From Halorhodospira halophila SL1 (GTDB lineage: Bacteria; Pseudomonadota; Gammaproteobacteria; Nitrococcales; Halorhodospiraceae), in assembly GCF_000015585.1 (NCBI RefSeq), contig NC_008789.1, forward strand, positions 2,160,001 through 2,192,000: a stretch of 32,000 nt of DNA. The letters are read 5' to 3'. The notes below the pieces were generated by a model, which saw nothing but the letters and a program-made list of their open reading frames with translations, made no database searches and was not told the DNA's origin. The translations under genes and the position numbers were made by a program. Of this stretch, positions 14,385 to 23,594 are shown piece after piece. Position 1 is the stretch's first letter; each line of letters starts with the position of its first letter.

Positions 14385-15674
14385 CTAGAAGCCCTGCTTC
14401 TCCATCCACGGGATGATGCGCTCGAAGGCCCGCTCGATGTCGTCCATCGAGGCCGCGTAGCTGATGCGCAACGAGTTCGGGCAGCTGTCGCCGAAGGCGT
14501 CGCCCGGGACGACACACACGCCGGTCTCCTTGAGCATGCGCGTGGCCAGGTTGGTGGCGTCGGTGTTCGGCGGCAGCGACGGGAAGATGTAGAACGCCCC
14601 CTGCGGCCGGTAGCTGGTCAGGTGCGGGGTCTTGCTAACGAGCTCAACGATGCGGTCACGCCGCTGACGGTAGGCCTCGAGCATCTCGTCGACGCACGCC
14701 ATCCCCCCCTTGAGGGCGGCCACCCCGGCCCACTGCGCCGGCGTGTTGGCGACCGTGGTGGTGAAGATATGGAAGCGCTGGAGCTTCTTGATCGCCCCCT
14801 GGCTGGAGATCAACCAGCCGATGCGCAGACCGGCCATACTGAAGGTCTTCGACAGGCTGGAGACCGCCATGACGTGGTCCAGGTCCGAGGTGCAGCGCAG
14901 CACACTCGGATACTCCATCTCGTCGAGCAGCAGGTGGTCGTAGACCTCGTCGCTGAAGACGTAGACCCCACGGTAGGCGGCCTCCTGGACGATGGCCTCG
15001 ATGGTCTCCCGGGGGTAGACCGTACCGGTGGGGTTGCTCGGCGAGTTGAGGATGATCCCGAAGGTGCGCATGCCGATGTTGTCGATCACCTCCTGGGGAT
15101 CGATCTGGTGACCGTGCTCTGCGCGGGTGGGGATCGGCTTGACCTCGGCGCCGTTCATGCGGATCAGCGGGGCGTAGAGCGGGAAGGTCGGATCCGGGAT
15201 CAGGAACTGCCGCCCAGGCGCCGCGGTGGCCGCGATGGCCAGATACATCGCCTCGGTGGCGCCGGTGGTGATGAGCACGTTCTCCGGCTCCAGCGGGCGG
15301 TCGTAGCGGTGGCTGTAGTACTCCGCCACCGCCTCGAGCATCTGCGGCAGGCCGGCATCCATGGTGTAGCCGGTCTTGCCGTCGCGCAGGGCCTGGATGT
15401 GGGCCTCGACAACGTGCTCCGGCATGGGGAAGTCCGGCTGGCCAATGGACAGATGGATGACGTCGTCCATCTCGGCCGCCATGTTCACCATCTTGCGGAT
15501 GCCGGGAATGGGCAGGGCCCGGATCGAGGGGCTCCACACCGGCTCGCGCTCGTCGTCGGGATCGATATCGTCGGGATAGGCCACGGCAAGCTCTCCGCGT
15601 TGCTCTGCACTGCGATCGCGCGTCGGCCGCCCCGGGCGGAGCGGCCGGCTCGCACCCTCTCTTGAAGTTGTCAT
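14385..15674 (-). CDS. Class I/II pyridoxal-phosphate-dependent aminotransferase (aspartate/aromatic/kynurenine-type fold)
   Basis: IHLSIGQPDFPMPEHV, NSPSNPTG and the PLP-Lys motif SSLSKTFSMAGLRIGW. The start is uncertain. ATG 15674 gives a ~45-aa charged N-terminal extension, and in-frame GTG 15548 would give a canonical 387-aa protein. Confidence 0.88.
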   Translation of the reverse strand: MTTSREGASRPLRPGRPTRDRSAEQRGELAVAYPDDIDPDDEREPVWSPSIRALPIPGIRKMVNMAAEMDDVIHLSIGQPDFPMPEHVVEAHIQALRDGKTGYTMDAGLPQMLEAVAEYYSHRYDRPLEPENVLITTGATEAMYLAIAATAAPGRQFLIPDPTFPLYAPLIRMNGAEVKPIPTRAEHGHQIDPQEVIDNIGMRTFGIILNSPSNPTGTVYPRETIEAIVQEAAYRGVYVFSDEVYDHLLLDEMEYPSVLRCTSDLDHVMAVSSLSKTFSMAGLRIGWLISSQGAIKKLQRFHIFTTTVANTPAQWAGVAALKGGMACVDEMLEAYRQRRDRIVELVSKTPHLTSYRPQGAFYIFPSLPPNTDATNLATRMLKETGVCVVPGDAFGDSCPNSLRISYAASMDDIERAFERIIPWMEKQGF

Positions 15675-15794
15675 CCTGCCACTGCGCTTACAAGTGCCCG
15701 CGACCAAAATCCGGCTCAACGCGGCAGGCTCCTTGTCCCTCCCCGGCCCAGCGGATACCTTGGACAGAACCCATGATCAGGAGACCGACGGGCC

Positions 15795-16787
15795 ATGGCC
15801 GACGGAGAACGACCTGTCATCGCCCTGCTCACCGCACCGGACGAGGGACCGCCTCCGGGGCTTGAGCAGCTTGAGGACCGCGCCGAGGTTCGCCACACCA
15901 CCACCCGCGAGGAACTCACCGACGCCATCGCGGATGCGCAGATCCTGCTCGTAACCGACTTCCGCACCCGCTTCGTCCGCGACGCCTGGCCCCACGCCCG
16001 GAAGCTCCAGTGGGTCCACGCCACCAGCGCCGGGGTCGACGCCCTGATCTTCCCCGAGATGGCCCGCTCCTCCATCCCCCTGACCAACGCCCGCGGCATC
16101 TTCGATCGCGCCATCGCGGAGACGGTATTGGGGATGGTCCTGCTCTTCGCCAAGGACATGCGCACCACCCTGACCCTGCAGGAGCGCCGCGAATGGCGCC
16201 ACCGCGAGACCGAGCGCATCCAGGGCAAACGGGCCCTGGTCGTCGGCGCCGGCTCCATCGGTCGGCAGATCGCCCGGCTGCTCGATGGTGCCGGACTCTG
16301 GGTGGACGGCGTAGCCAGCCGCCCGCGCAGCGACGACGCCGACTTCGGCACCGTCTACGGCACCGCCGACCTGCACGAGCAGCTGCCGCGGGCGGACTAC
16401 GTGATCATCGCCGCTCCGCTGACCGACGCCACCCGCGGGCTGTTCGATCGCAGCGCCTTCCAGGCCATGGACCCCGGCGCTCGGCTGATCAACATCGGCC
16501 GTGGTCCGATCGTAGTGACCGAGGAACTGGTCGCGGCCCTCCATGACGGCACCATCGCCGGCGCCGCCCTCGACGTCTTCGAGGAAGAACCGCTGCCGCC
16601 GGCCCATCCGCTATGGGACATGCCCAACGTCTTCCTCTCCCACCACATGGCCGGCGACTTCATCGGCTGGCGCGAGGCCCTGATCCATCAATTCATCGAC
16701 AACTTCGAGCGGTGGTCCAGCGGATCATCCCTGCGCAACGTCGTCGACAAGCAACGCGGTTACGTGCCACCGGAGAACCCAGCATGA
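15795..16787 (+). CDS. D-isomer-specific 2-hydroxyacid dehydrogenase family, NAD(P)-binding
   Basis: Rossmann motif VVGAGSIGRQIARLL, INIGRGPIV, and the catalytic His region FLSHHMAG. AGGAG lies at 15779-15783. Confidence 0.88.
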   Translation: MADGERPVIALLTAPDEGPPPGLEQLEDRAEVRHTTTREELTDAIADAQILLVTDFRTRFVRDAWPHARKLQWVHATSAGVDALIFPEMARSSIPLTNARGIFDRAIAETVLGMVLLFAKDMRTTLTLQERREWRHRETERIQGKRALVVGAGSIGRQIARLLDGAGLWVDGVASRPRSDDADFGTVYGTADLHEQLPRADYVIIAAPLTDATRGLFDRSAFQAMDPGARLINIGRGPIVVTEELVAALHDGTIAGAALDVFEEEPLPPAHPLWDMPNVFLSHHMAGDFIGWREALIHQFIDNFERWSSGSSLRNVVDKQRGYVPPENPA

Positions 16788-18196
16788 GCAGCCACCCCAC
16801 CGCCATCGCCGATCTCACCGCCAGTGAGCTGCTGCGCCGCTACCGCAGTGGCAGCCTCTCCCCGGTCGAGGCCACGGAAGCGGCCCTGGCCCGGATCCGG
16901 GCCCACAACGAGACGGTCAACGCCTTCTGTCTGGTGGACGAGACAACCACCCTGGCCGCCGCCCGGCGGGCCGAGCAGCGCTACCTCAACACCTCCCCGA
17001 TGGGCGAGCTGGATGGCGTGCCCGTGGCCATCAAGGACGTCTTCCTCACCCGCGGCTGGCCCAACCTCAAGGGATCGAAGACCGTCGACCCGGCCGGCCC
17101 CTGGGAGCAGGATGCCCCGGCGGTCTCGGCGCTGCGCCGCCACGGCTTCGTGCCGCTGGGCAAGACCACCACGCCGGAGCTCGGCTGGAAGGGGGTCACG
17201 GACTGCCCGTGCTACGGCGTCACCCGCAACCCCTTCGATCCCGACAAGACCGCCGGCGGCTCCAGCGGCGGCAGCGCCTCCTCGGTGGTTCTGGGCATGG
17301 GGCCGCTGGCCCTGGGCACCGACGCCGGCGGCTCGATCCGCATCCCCGCCGGTTTCTCGGGGCTGGTCGGCCACAAGCCGACCCAGGGCCGTGTGCCCCT
17401 CTGGCCGGCGAGCCCGTTCGGCCAACTGGCCCACCCGGGGCCGATGACCTGGACCGTGGAGGACGCCGCACGGTTGATGAACGTCATCGCCGAGACGGAC
17501 CCCCGGGATCCGACCCTACCCGCGGCCGGAGGCGACTACGTCGCCGCCCTGGCCGGCGGCGTGGGCGGGCTGCGCGTGGCCTTCAGCCCCAACCTCGGGT
17601 ATGTGCAGGTGGACGCGGAGATCGCCCGCAGCGTGGCCGAGGCGGCGCGCATGTTCGAGGCGCTGGGCGCCCGGGTCGAGGAGGTGGATCCGGGGTTCGC
17701 CGACCCGCGCGAGGCGTTCGATCTGCTCTTCTTCGGCGGCGCGGCCAACGCCCTGCGCAGCATCCCCGAGGAGCGCCACGCCGAGATGGACCCGTGCCTG
17801 ATCGAGGCGGCAGGCAGTGTCCGCGACGCCTCCATGCTCGACTACCTGGCGGCGATGAACGAGCGGGCGGCGCTGATCGAGCGCACCAGCCTGTTCCACC
17901 AGCAGTACGACCTGCTGCTGACCCCCACGCTGCCGATCCCCGCGTTCACCGCCGGGCGCGAGGTCCCGGAGGGCTGGCACGACCCACGCTGGCCCAGCTG
18001 GACCCCGTTCACCTACCCGTTCAACATGACCGGCCAGCCGGCCTGCTCGGTGCCCTGCGGCTTCACTGGGCAGGGCCTGCCCATCGGCCTGCAGATCGTC
18101 GGCCCCCGGCACGCCGATGCCCTAGTGCTGCGTGCCGCCCACGCCTACCAGCAGGCGGCACCGCTGACCGATCACCGACCGGCCTGGGCCCGCTGA
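16784..18196 (+). CDS. Amidase-signature (AS) family amidase
   Basis: The Ser-cisSer-Lys signature is present: AIKDVF, GGSSGGSASS and GTDAGGSIRIPA. ATG 16784 overlaps the upstream stop (ATGA); the track ORF is over-extended to 16613. Confidence 0.9.
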   Translation: MSSHPTAIADLTASELLRRYRSGSLSPVEATEAALARIRAHNETVNAFCLVDETTTLAAARRAEQRYLNTSPMGELDGVPVAIKDVFLTRGWPNLKGSKTVDPAGPWEQDAPAVSALRRHGFVPLGKTTTPELGWKGVTDCPCYGVTRNPFDPDKTAGGSSGGSASSVVLGMGPLALGTDAGGSIRIPAGFSGLVGHKPTQGRVPLWPASPFGQLAHPGPMTWTVEDAARLMNVIAETDPRDPTLPAAGGDYVAALAGGVGGLRVAFSPNLGYVQVDAEIARSVAEAARMFEALGARVEEVDPGFADPREAFDLLFFGGAANALRSIPEERHAEMDPCLIEAAGSVRDASMLDYLAAMNERAALIERTSLFHQQYDLLLTPTLPIPAFTAGREVPEGWHDPRWPSWTPFTYPFNMTGQPACSVPCGFTGQGLPIGLQIVGPRHADALVLRAAHAYQQAAPLTDHRPAWAR

Positions 18197-18255
18197 GCGG
18201 CGGGCACCGGCCCCCCGAACGACCGACCCACGACTCCGCTGCCAAGAGGGTCCAC

Positions 18256-19710
18256 ATGATCGATTCACCGCTACTGCCCGAATTCAACGGCTACATTGCC
18301 GGGGAGTGGGTGGCCGCCGACAACGGCGCCACCTTCCAGATCACCAACCCGGCCAACGGCGAGCTGCTCGGCGAACTGCCGGCGATGGGCGCCCACGAGG
18401 CCGGGCGTGCCGTCGATGCCGCCCACACCGCCCTGGAAGAGACCCCGGACCTGGAGACCCGGCGCGGCTGGCTGCAGGCCATCGACACGGCCCTGCGCGA
18501 GCACCAGGAGGAGCTGGGGCGAATCCTCACCCTGGAGCACGGCAAGCCCCACGCCGAGGGCCAGGGCGAAGTGCTCTACGCCGCCGGCTTCTTCGCCTAC
18601 GCGGCGCGCAACCTCGACGCGCTCGCGCCGCGCACCCTGGACGAACAGCCCCGCGGCTGCACCTGGACCGTGCACAATCGCCCGGCGGGCGCCGTGGCCC
18701 TGGTCACGCCGTGGAACTTCCCCATCGGCATGATCGCCAAGAAGCTCTCCGCGTCGCTGGCCGCCGGCGCGCCCGCCGTGATCAAACCCTCCTCGAAGAC
18801 GCCGCTGACCATGACGGCCCTGTTCACCCTGCTCCACCGGGAGCTCGACCTGCCCGCGGGCATGGTCAACCTGGTCACCGGCGCTGCTGGCCCCATCGGC
18901 GATGCCCTGCTGACCGACCGGCGGATCCGGGTGTTCAGCTTCACCGGCTCCACCGACGTCGGCCAGTCCCTGATCCGCGACAGCGCGGACGACTGCACGC
19001 GCCTGGCCTTGGAGCTCGGCGGCAACGCCCCGTTCATTGTCTTCGCCGACGCCGACCTGGACTGGGCCGCGGATCAGCTCATGGCCAACAAGTTCCGGGG
19101 CGGCGGCCAGACCTGCGTCTGCGCCAACCGGATCCTGGTAGAGGACTCGGTCATCGACCGCTTCTCGGAGAAGGTCGCCGAGCGCGCCGCCCGATTGACC
19201 GTCGGCGACGGCATGAGCCCCGGCGTGGATCTGGGCCCGCTGATCGACCGCAGCGGCTACGACAAGGTCCGCCGCCACTTCCTGGACGCCGTCGAACAGG
19301 GTGCCACCCCGGTACTGGGCAGCGACCCGGGCCCGCTGGAGCAGGAGCACGGCGCCTACTTCCCGCCCACGGTGGTCCGCGGCGTGACCGCCACGATGGC
19401 CTGCTGGCAGGAGGAGACGTTTGGGCCGCTGGTGCCCATGGCCGCCTTCGGCGACGAGGCTGAGGCGCTGGCCATGGCCAACGACACCGAGTTCGGGCTC
19501 GCCGCCTACCTGTTCACCGGCGACGACGCCCGGGCGGAGCGGTTCATTCCGCGCCTATCCTTCCCCCACGTGGGCTGGAACACCGGCAGCGGCCCCACCC
19601 CGGAGGCGCCCTTCGGCGGTATGAAGCTCTCCGGCTACGGCCGCGAGGGCGGCCTGGAAGGGCTGTTCGAGTTCATCGACACCCAGACCGTGCCGCGGGT
19701 CCAGGGGTAA
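18256..19710 (+). CDS. NAD(P)-dependent aldehyde dehydrogenase (succinate-semialdehyde dehydrogenase-like)
   Basis: VTPWNFP, catalytic Glu in LELGGNAPFIVF, catalytic Cys in GQTCVCANRILV, and EETFGP. ATG 18256 follows AAGAGGG; the track ORF is over-extended to 17209. Confidence 0.92.
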   Translation: MIDSPLLPEFNGYIAGEWVAADNGATFQITNPANGELLGELPAMGAHEAGRAVDAAHTALEETPDLETRRGWLQAIDTALREHQEELGRILTLEHGKPHAEGQGEVLYAAGFFAYAARNLDALAPRTLDEQPRGCTWTVHNRPAGAVALVTPWNFPIGMIAKKLSASLAAGAPAVIKPSSKTPLTMTALFTLLHRELDLPAGMVNLVTGAAGPIGDALLTDRRIRVFSFTGSTDVGQSLIRDSADDCTRLALELGGNAPFIVFADADLDWAADQLMANKFRGGGQTCVCANRILVEDSVIDRFSEKVAERAARLTVGDGMSPGVDLGPLIDRSGYDKVRRHFLDAVEQGATPVLGSDPGPLEQEHGAYFPPTVVRGVTATMACWQEETFGPLVPMAAFGDEAEALAMANDTEFGLAAYLFTGDDARAERFIPRLSFPHVGWNTGSGPTPEAPFGGMKLSGYGREGGLEGLFEFIDTQTVPRVQG

Positions 19711-19711
19711 C

Positions 19712-19737
19712 GCGCGTGCCGCGGCTGCGGCACGCGC
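19712..19737 (+). terminator. Perfect 11-bp GC hairpin, 4-nt loop, directly after aldehyde dehydrogenase stop
   Basis: GCGCGTGCCGC at 19712-19722 pairs with GCGGCACGCGC at 19727-19737 around a ggct loop. No U tract follows (cgaacaatgg). Confidence 0.5.
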
Positions 19738-19743
19738 CGAACA

Positions 19744-20094
19744 ATGGATGGGACGAGCATGACCGACGAGCAGACCGAAACATTCCGCCAGCAACTGCTG
19801 GCGCTGCGTGAGGAGACCGTCGCCGCTGCGGAGTCCGCGCGGGCTGCCACTGCCACGGTGGAGCTCGATCAGACCCGTCAAGGACGGCTGTCGCGGATGG
19901 ACGCCCTCCAGGGCCAGCAGATGGCCCTGGAGCGCGAGCGGCGCCGTCAGCACCTGGTCCAGCGCATCGACGGCGCACTGCGCCGGCTGGACAGCGGCGA
20001 CTTCGGCTACTGCTTCATCTGCGGCGAGGACATCGACCCGCGCCGCCTCCAGGCCGACCCCACGCTGACAAGATGTGCCGAGTGCGCGGCTTAG
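19744..20094 (+). CDS. DksA/TraR-family C4-type zinc-finger protein (short, 116 aa)
   Basis: A coiled-coil-like N-terminal part is followed by GRLSRMDALQGQQM and the zinc finger CFICGEDIDPRRLQADPTLTRCAEC (CxxC-N17-CxxC). Confidence 0.85.
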   Translation: MDGTSMTDEQTETFRQQLLALREETVAAAESARAATATVELDQTRQGRLSRMDALQGQQMALERERRRQHLVQRIDGALRRLDSGDFGYCFICGEDIDPRRLQADPTLTRCAECAA

Positions 20095-21041
20095 CCGCCC
20101 GAACCCCGCACCGCCGCCAACGACTCTGCCCCCAGCGCCACCGCCAGCAGCCGGTCGACGCCCAGCGCCACCCCGGCGCAGTCGGGTACACCGCGCTCCA
20201 GGGCGCCGAGCAGCCGCTCGTCGAGGTCGTACACCGGCTGCCCGGCGCCGCGGCGCTCGGCCTGCTCGGCCTCGAAGCGCGCCCGCTGCGCGGCGGGGTC
20301 GGTGAGTTCGTGGTAGCCGTTGGCGATCTCCAGGCCGTCGATGAAGCACTCGAAACGCCGCGCAGTGCGCGGGTCAGCGTCGTCAAGGCGGGCCAGGGCC
20401 GCCTGGCTCGCCGGAAACCCGTAGAGAAAGGTCAACTGGCCGTGGCCCAGGGCCGGCCCCACGGCGTGGGAGAGCAGCAGATCGAGCGCGTCATCGCGGC
20501 TCGGGGCGGCCCCGTGCAGATCGATGCCCTGGTCCGCCAGAGCGTCGCGGAGTGCGTCATCCGCGTCGTCCAAGGGATCAACACCGGCGTAACGGCGAAA
20601 GGCCTCTTGGTAGGACCAGCGCTCGACCGGGCGATCACCGACAAGCAGCGCCGCCAGCGCCGACACCTCGTCCATCAGCCGGTGGTGGTCGAAGCCGATG
20701 CGGTACCACTCGAGCAGCGTGAACTCGGTGGCGTGCCAGCGCCCGCGCTCACCGCCCCGCCAGGCCGGCCCGAGGTAGTAGATGTCGCTGCTGCCGGCGG
20801 CGAGCATAGCCTTCATCGCCGATTCCGGGGAGGTCTGCAGGTAGGCGGCGTCGCCGTCGGCGGCCGCCCCGGGCACCGGGATGCTCTCCAGCGCCGGGTC
20901 CATGGCCGCCGGGCCGAGGCACGGCGGCTGCACCTCCACCACCCCGCGCTCGGCGAAGAAGCCGCGGATCCGTGCCAGCTTCTGACCGACCCGGCGCACG
21001 GTGGCGCCGTCGGCGGCGCCGCACGGACCGCCGGCCGCCAT
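20091..21041 (-). CDS. epmA: Elongation factor P-(R)-beta-lysine ligase (EpmA/PoxA/GenX; class II LysRS paralog)
   Basis: ARIRGFFAERGVVEVQPPCL, YLQTSPE, WHATEFTLLEWY and FIDGLEIANGYHEL match the aaRS class II motifs of EpmA. ATG 21041 overlaps the efp stop by 1 nt (TGATG); the track ORF is over-extended to 21260. Confidence 0.9.
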   Translation of the reverse strand: MAAGGPCGAADGATVRRVGQKLARIRGFFAERGVVEVQPPCLGPAAMDPALESIPVPGAAADGDAAYLQTSPESAMKAMLAAGSSDIYYLGPAWRGGERGRWHATEFTLLEWYRIGFDHHRLMDEVSALAALLVGDRPVERWSYQEAFRRYAGVDPLDDADDALRDALADQGIDLHGAAPSRDDALDLLLSHAVGPALGHGQLTFLYGFPASQAALARLDDADPRTARRFECFIDGLEIANGYHELTDPAAQRARFEAEQAERRGAGQPVYDLDERLLGALERGVPDCAGVALGVDRLLAVALGAESLAAVRGSGG

Positions 21042-21610
21042 CAGTCCTTGGCGCGGCTGACGTACTCCGCCTTGCGGGTATCGACGCGCAGCACCTCGCC
21101 TTCCTCGATGAACAGGGGCACGCGCACCGTGGCGCCGGTCTCCAGCTTGGCCGGCTTGGTCCCGCCGCTGCTGGTATCCCCGCGCACGCCCGGATCGGTC
21201 TCGATGACCTTGAGGTCGACGAAGTTCGGCGCCTCCACCTGCAGCGGGGTGTCGTTCCACAGGATGACGGTGCAGGTATCCTGCTCCTTGATCCAGTTGG
21301 CGGCATCCCCCACGGCACTGCTCGGGGCCGCCTTCTGCTCGAAGGAGGTGGGATCCATGAAGTACCAGAACTCGCCGTCGTTGTAGAGATACTGGAGTTC
21401 GGTCTCCATGACGTCGGCCGCCTCGACGCTCTCGCCGGACTTGAACGTCTTCTCGACGACACGATTGGTCTTCAGATTGCGCAGCTTGACCCGGTTGAAG
21501 GCCTGCCCCTTGCCGGGCTTGACGAACTCGTTCTCGACGATGGTGAAAGGATCCCCGTCGAGCATAATCTTGAGCCCGCCCTTAAACTCGTTGGTGCTAT
21601 AGGTCGCCAT
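21041..21610 (-). CDS. efp: Translation elongation factor P
   Basis: [46 protein letters not shown], with the modifiable Lys in KPGKGQA. 189 aa. GAGGGG RBS upstream of ATG 21610. Confidence 0.96.
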   Translation of the reverse strand: MATYSTNEFKGGLKIMLDGDPFTIVENEFVKPGKGQAFNRVKLRNLKTNRVVEKTFKSGESVEAADVMETELQYLYNDGEFWYFMDPTSFEQKAAPSSAVGDAANWIKEQDTCTVILWNDTPLQVEAPNFVDLKVIETDPGVRGDTSSGGTKPAKLETGATVRVPLFIEEGEVLRVDTRKAEYVSRAKD

Positions 21611-21639
21611 AATCCCCTCGGGTATGCGAAGTTGACGCG

Positions 21640-22668
21640 ATGCTAACCGATACGGCCCGACAGCCCAAGCCAGGCAGAGAGCGCCGCGCCGCCGAGCGCT
21701 GGCGGCAGGAGCTGATCGGTGCGATTCGGCAGCCCGAGGAGCTGCTCCGGCGCCTGGATCTGCCTGAGTCACTGCTGGCCCCGGCCGAACAGGCCGCCCG
21801 GACCTTCCCAATGCGAGTGCCGGTCCCCTACCTGGCGCGCATCCGTCCCGGAGACCCCAACGACCCGCTGCTGCGCCAGGTGCTGCCCATCGGCGCCGAA
21901 CTCGAGACCCATCCCGGCTACACCGCCGACCCCCTGGCCGAGCAGGGTGCCCGCACCGGCAGCGGCGTGCTGCAGAAGTACAACGGCCGGAGCCTGCTCA
22001 TCGCCACCGGCGGCTGCGCCATCCACTGCCGTTACTGTTTCCGGCGCTGCTTCCCGTACAACCGCGAGGCGGGCTGGCGCACCGCCCTGGATCAGCTCGA
22101 GCAACACGGAGCCCCCGAGGAGGTCATCCTCAGCGGCGGAGATCCGCTGCTCCTCGACGATCAGGCGCTAGGCGCCTGCCTCGAGCGCCTCGGCCGCATC
22201 GCCGCGGTGCGCCGGGTACGTATCCACACCCGGCTACCGGTGGTGATCCCTTCCCGGGTCACTGCGGCCCTCGCCCGCCACCTGGGGCAAATCCGACTAC
22301 AGAGCGTGATCGTGGTCCACGCCAACCACCCCCGGGAGATCGACGCGGAGGTCAGCTCGGCCCTGGCCCGGCTGCGAAACGTCTGCTCGACGGTCCTCAA
22401 CCAGACGGTGCTGCTGCGCGGCGTCAACGACGATACCGCCACCCTGGCGTCCCTCTCCGAGCGGCTGTTCGCCGCCGACGTCCTCCCCTACTACCTACAT
22501 CTGCTCGACCCGGTAGCCGGGGCGGCTCACTTCGACGTGGACGCAAAAACCGGGCAGCGGCTCTGGGCGGAACTGGCCCGGAGCTTGCCCGGTTATCTGG
22601 TGCCGCGCCTAGCCCGCGAGGAGCCCGGCGCGGCGGCCAAGACGGTGATTACACCGGACGCCCCTTGA
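21640..22668 (+). CDS. epmB: EF-P beta-lysylation protein EpmB (lysine 2,3-aminomutase-like radical SAM, YjeK)
   Basis: Radical-SAM motif [13 protein letters not shown], 342 aa as in E. coli EpmB, and divergent to efp-epmA. Confidence 0.92.
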
Positions 22669-23542
22669 GCGCCTCGATGCGCTCATCCAGCGGCGGGTGC
22701 GACATGAACAGCCGTTTGATCGACGAGCCGCCCATCCGGCCGTTGATGCCGAAGGCCTCCATCTCGTCCGGCATGTTCTGCGGCTCCACCGAGCGCTTAA
22801 GCTTCTCCAGCGCGGCGATCATCTTGTCGCGCCCGGCCAGCTTGGCGGCACCGCTATCCGCCCGGAACTCGCGCTTGCGCGAGAAGTACATGGTGATCAT
22901 CGACGCCAGCACGCCGAGGACCATCTGAGCGAAGATCATGGTGATCCAGAAGCCGGGGCCGTGACCGCCCTCATTCTTGAACACCACCCGATCGACGAAG
23001 CGCCCGGCAACGTGCGAGAGGAAGATCACGAAGGTGTTCACCACGCCCTGGATCAGGGTCAGAGTGACCATGTCACCGTTGGAGACGTGGGCCACCTCGT
23101 GGGCGATGACCGCCTCGGCCTCGTCGCGGGTCATGTTCTGCAGCAGCCCCGAGCTGACCGCCACTAGGGCGCTGTTGCGCCGGGCACCGGTGGCAAAGGC
23201 GTTGATCTCCGGGGCGTCGTAGATTGCCACATCGGGCATGCCGATGCCCTCGCGCTGGGCGAAGCGGCGGACGGTCTCCACCAGCCACTGCTCCTGCTCG
23301 CCGCGCGGGCTCTCGATGGGCTTGGCACCCATCATCTTCATCGCCATGTACTTGGACATGGCCAGCGAGATGAAGGAGCCGGCAAAGCCGATGCCGGCGG
23401 CGAAGATCAGCAGCGTGACCATCTCCGCGTCGATGCCTTGCTCGCGGAGGAACTGCTCAACGCCGAGCAGGTTGAGGATGATCGACAGCACCAACACCAC
23501 AGCGATGTTGGTCGCCAACAGTAACGCGATCCGGGTCAGCAT
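22649..23542 (-). CDS. htpX: Membrane zinc metalloprotease HtpX (M48 family)
   Basis: Near-colinear with the E. coli HtpX motifs: [45 protein letters not shown] and [13 protein letters not shown]. Confidence 0.96.
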
Positions 23543-23594
23543 CGTTAAGAACGCTCCTCTTTCATCAAGCTGCGGAACCTACTCCCTAGCGCTT

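Noticed and set aside
16613-16783. Upstream extensions of track ORFs: amidase from 16613, ALDH from 17209, efp to 21811, epmA to 21260, parE to 27912, tamA to 11355, yeeE from 2832, folE2 from 29309 and the Grx-like gene to 13693.
   Set aside because: The extensions overlap the preceding gene or a promoter region and translate to Arg/Pro-rich junk. In each case an internal ATG with a Shine-Dalgarno gives an N-terminus colinear with the known family, for example [12 protein letters not shown] for EF-P and MTTKTQQTYDASDIEVLTGLEPVRRRPGMYT for ParE.
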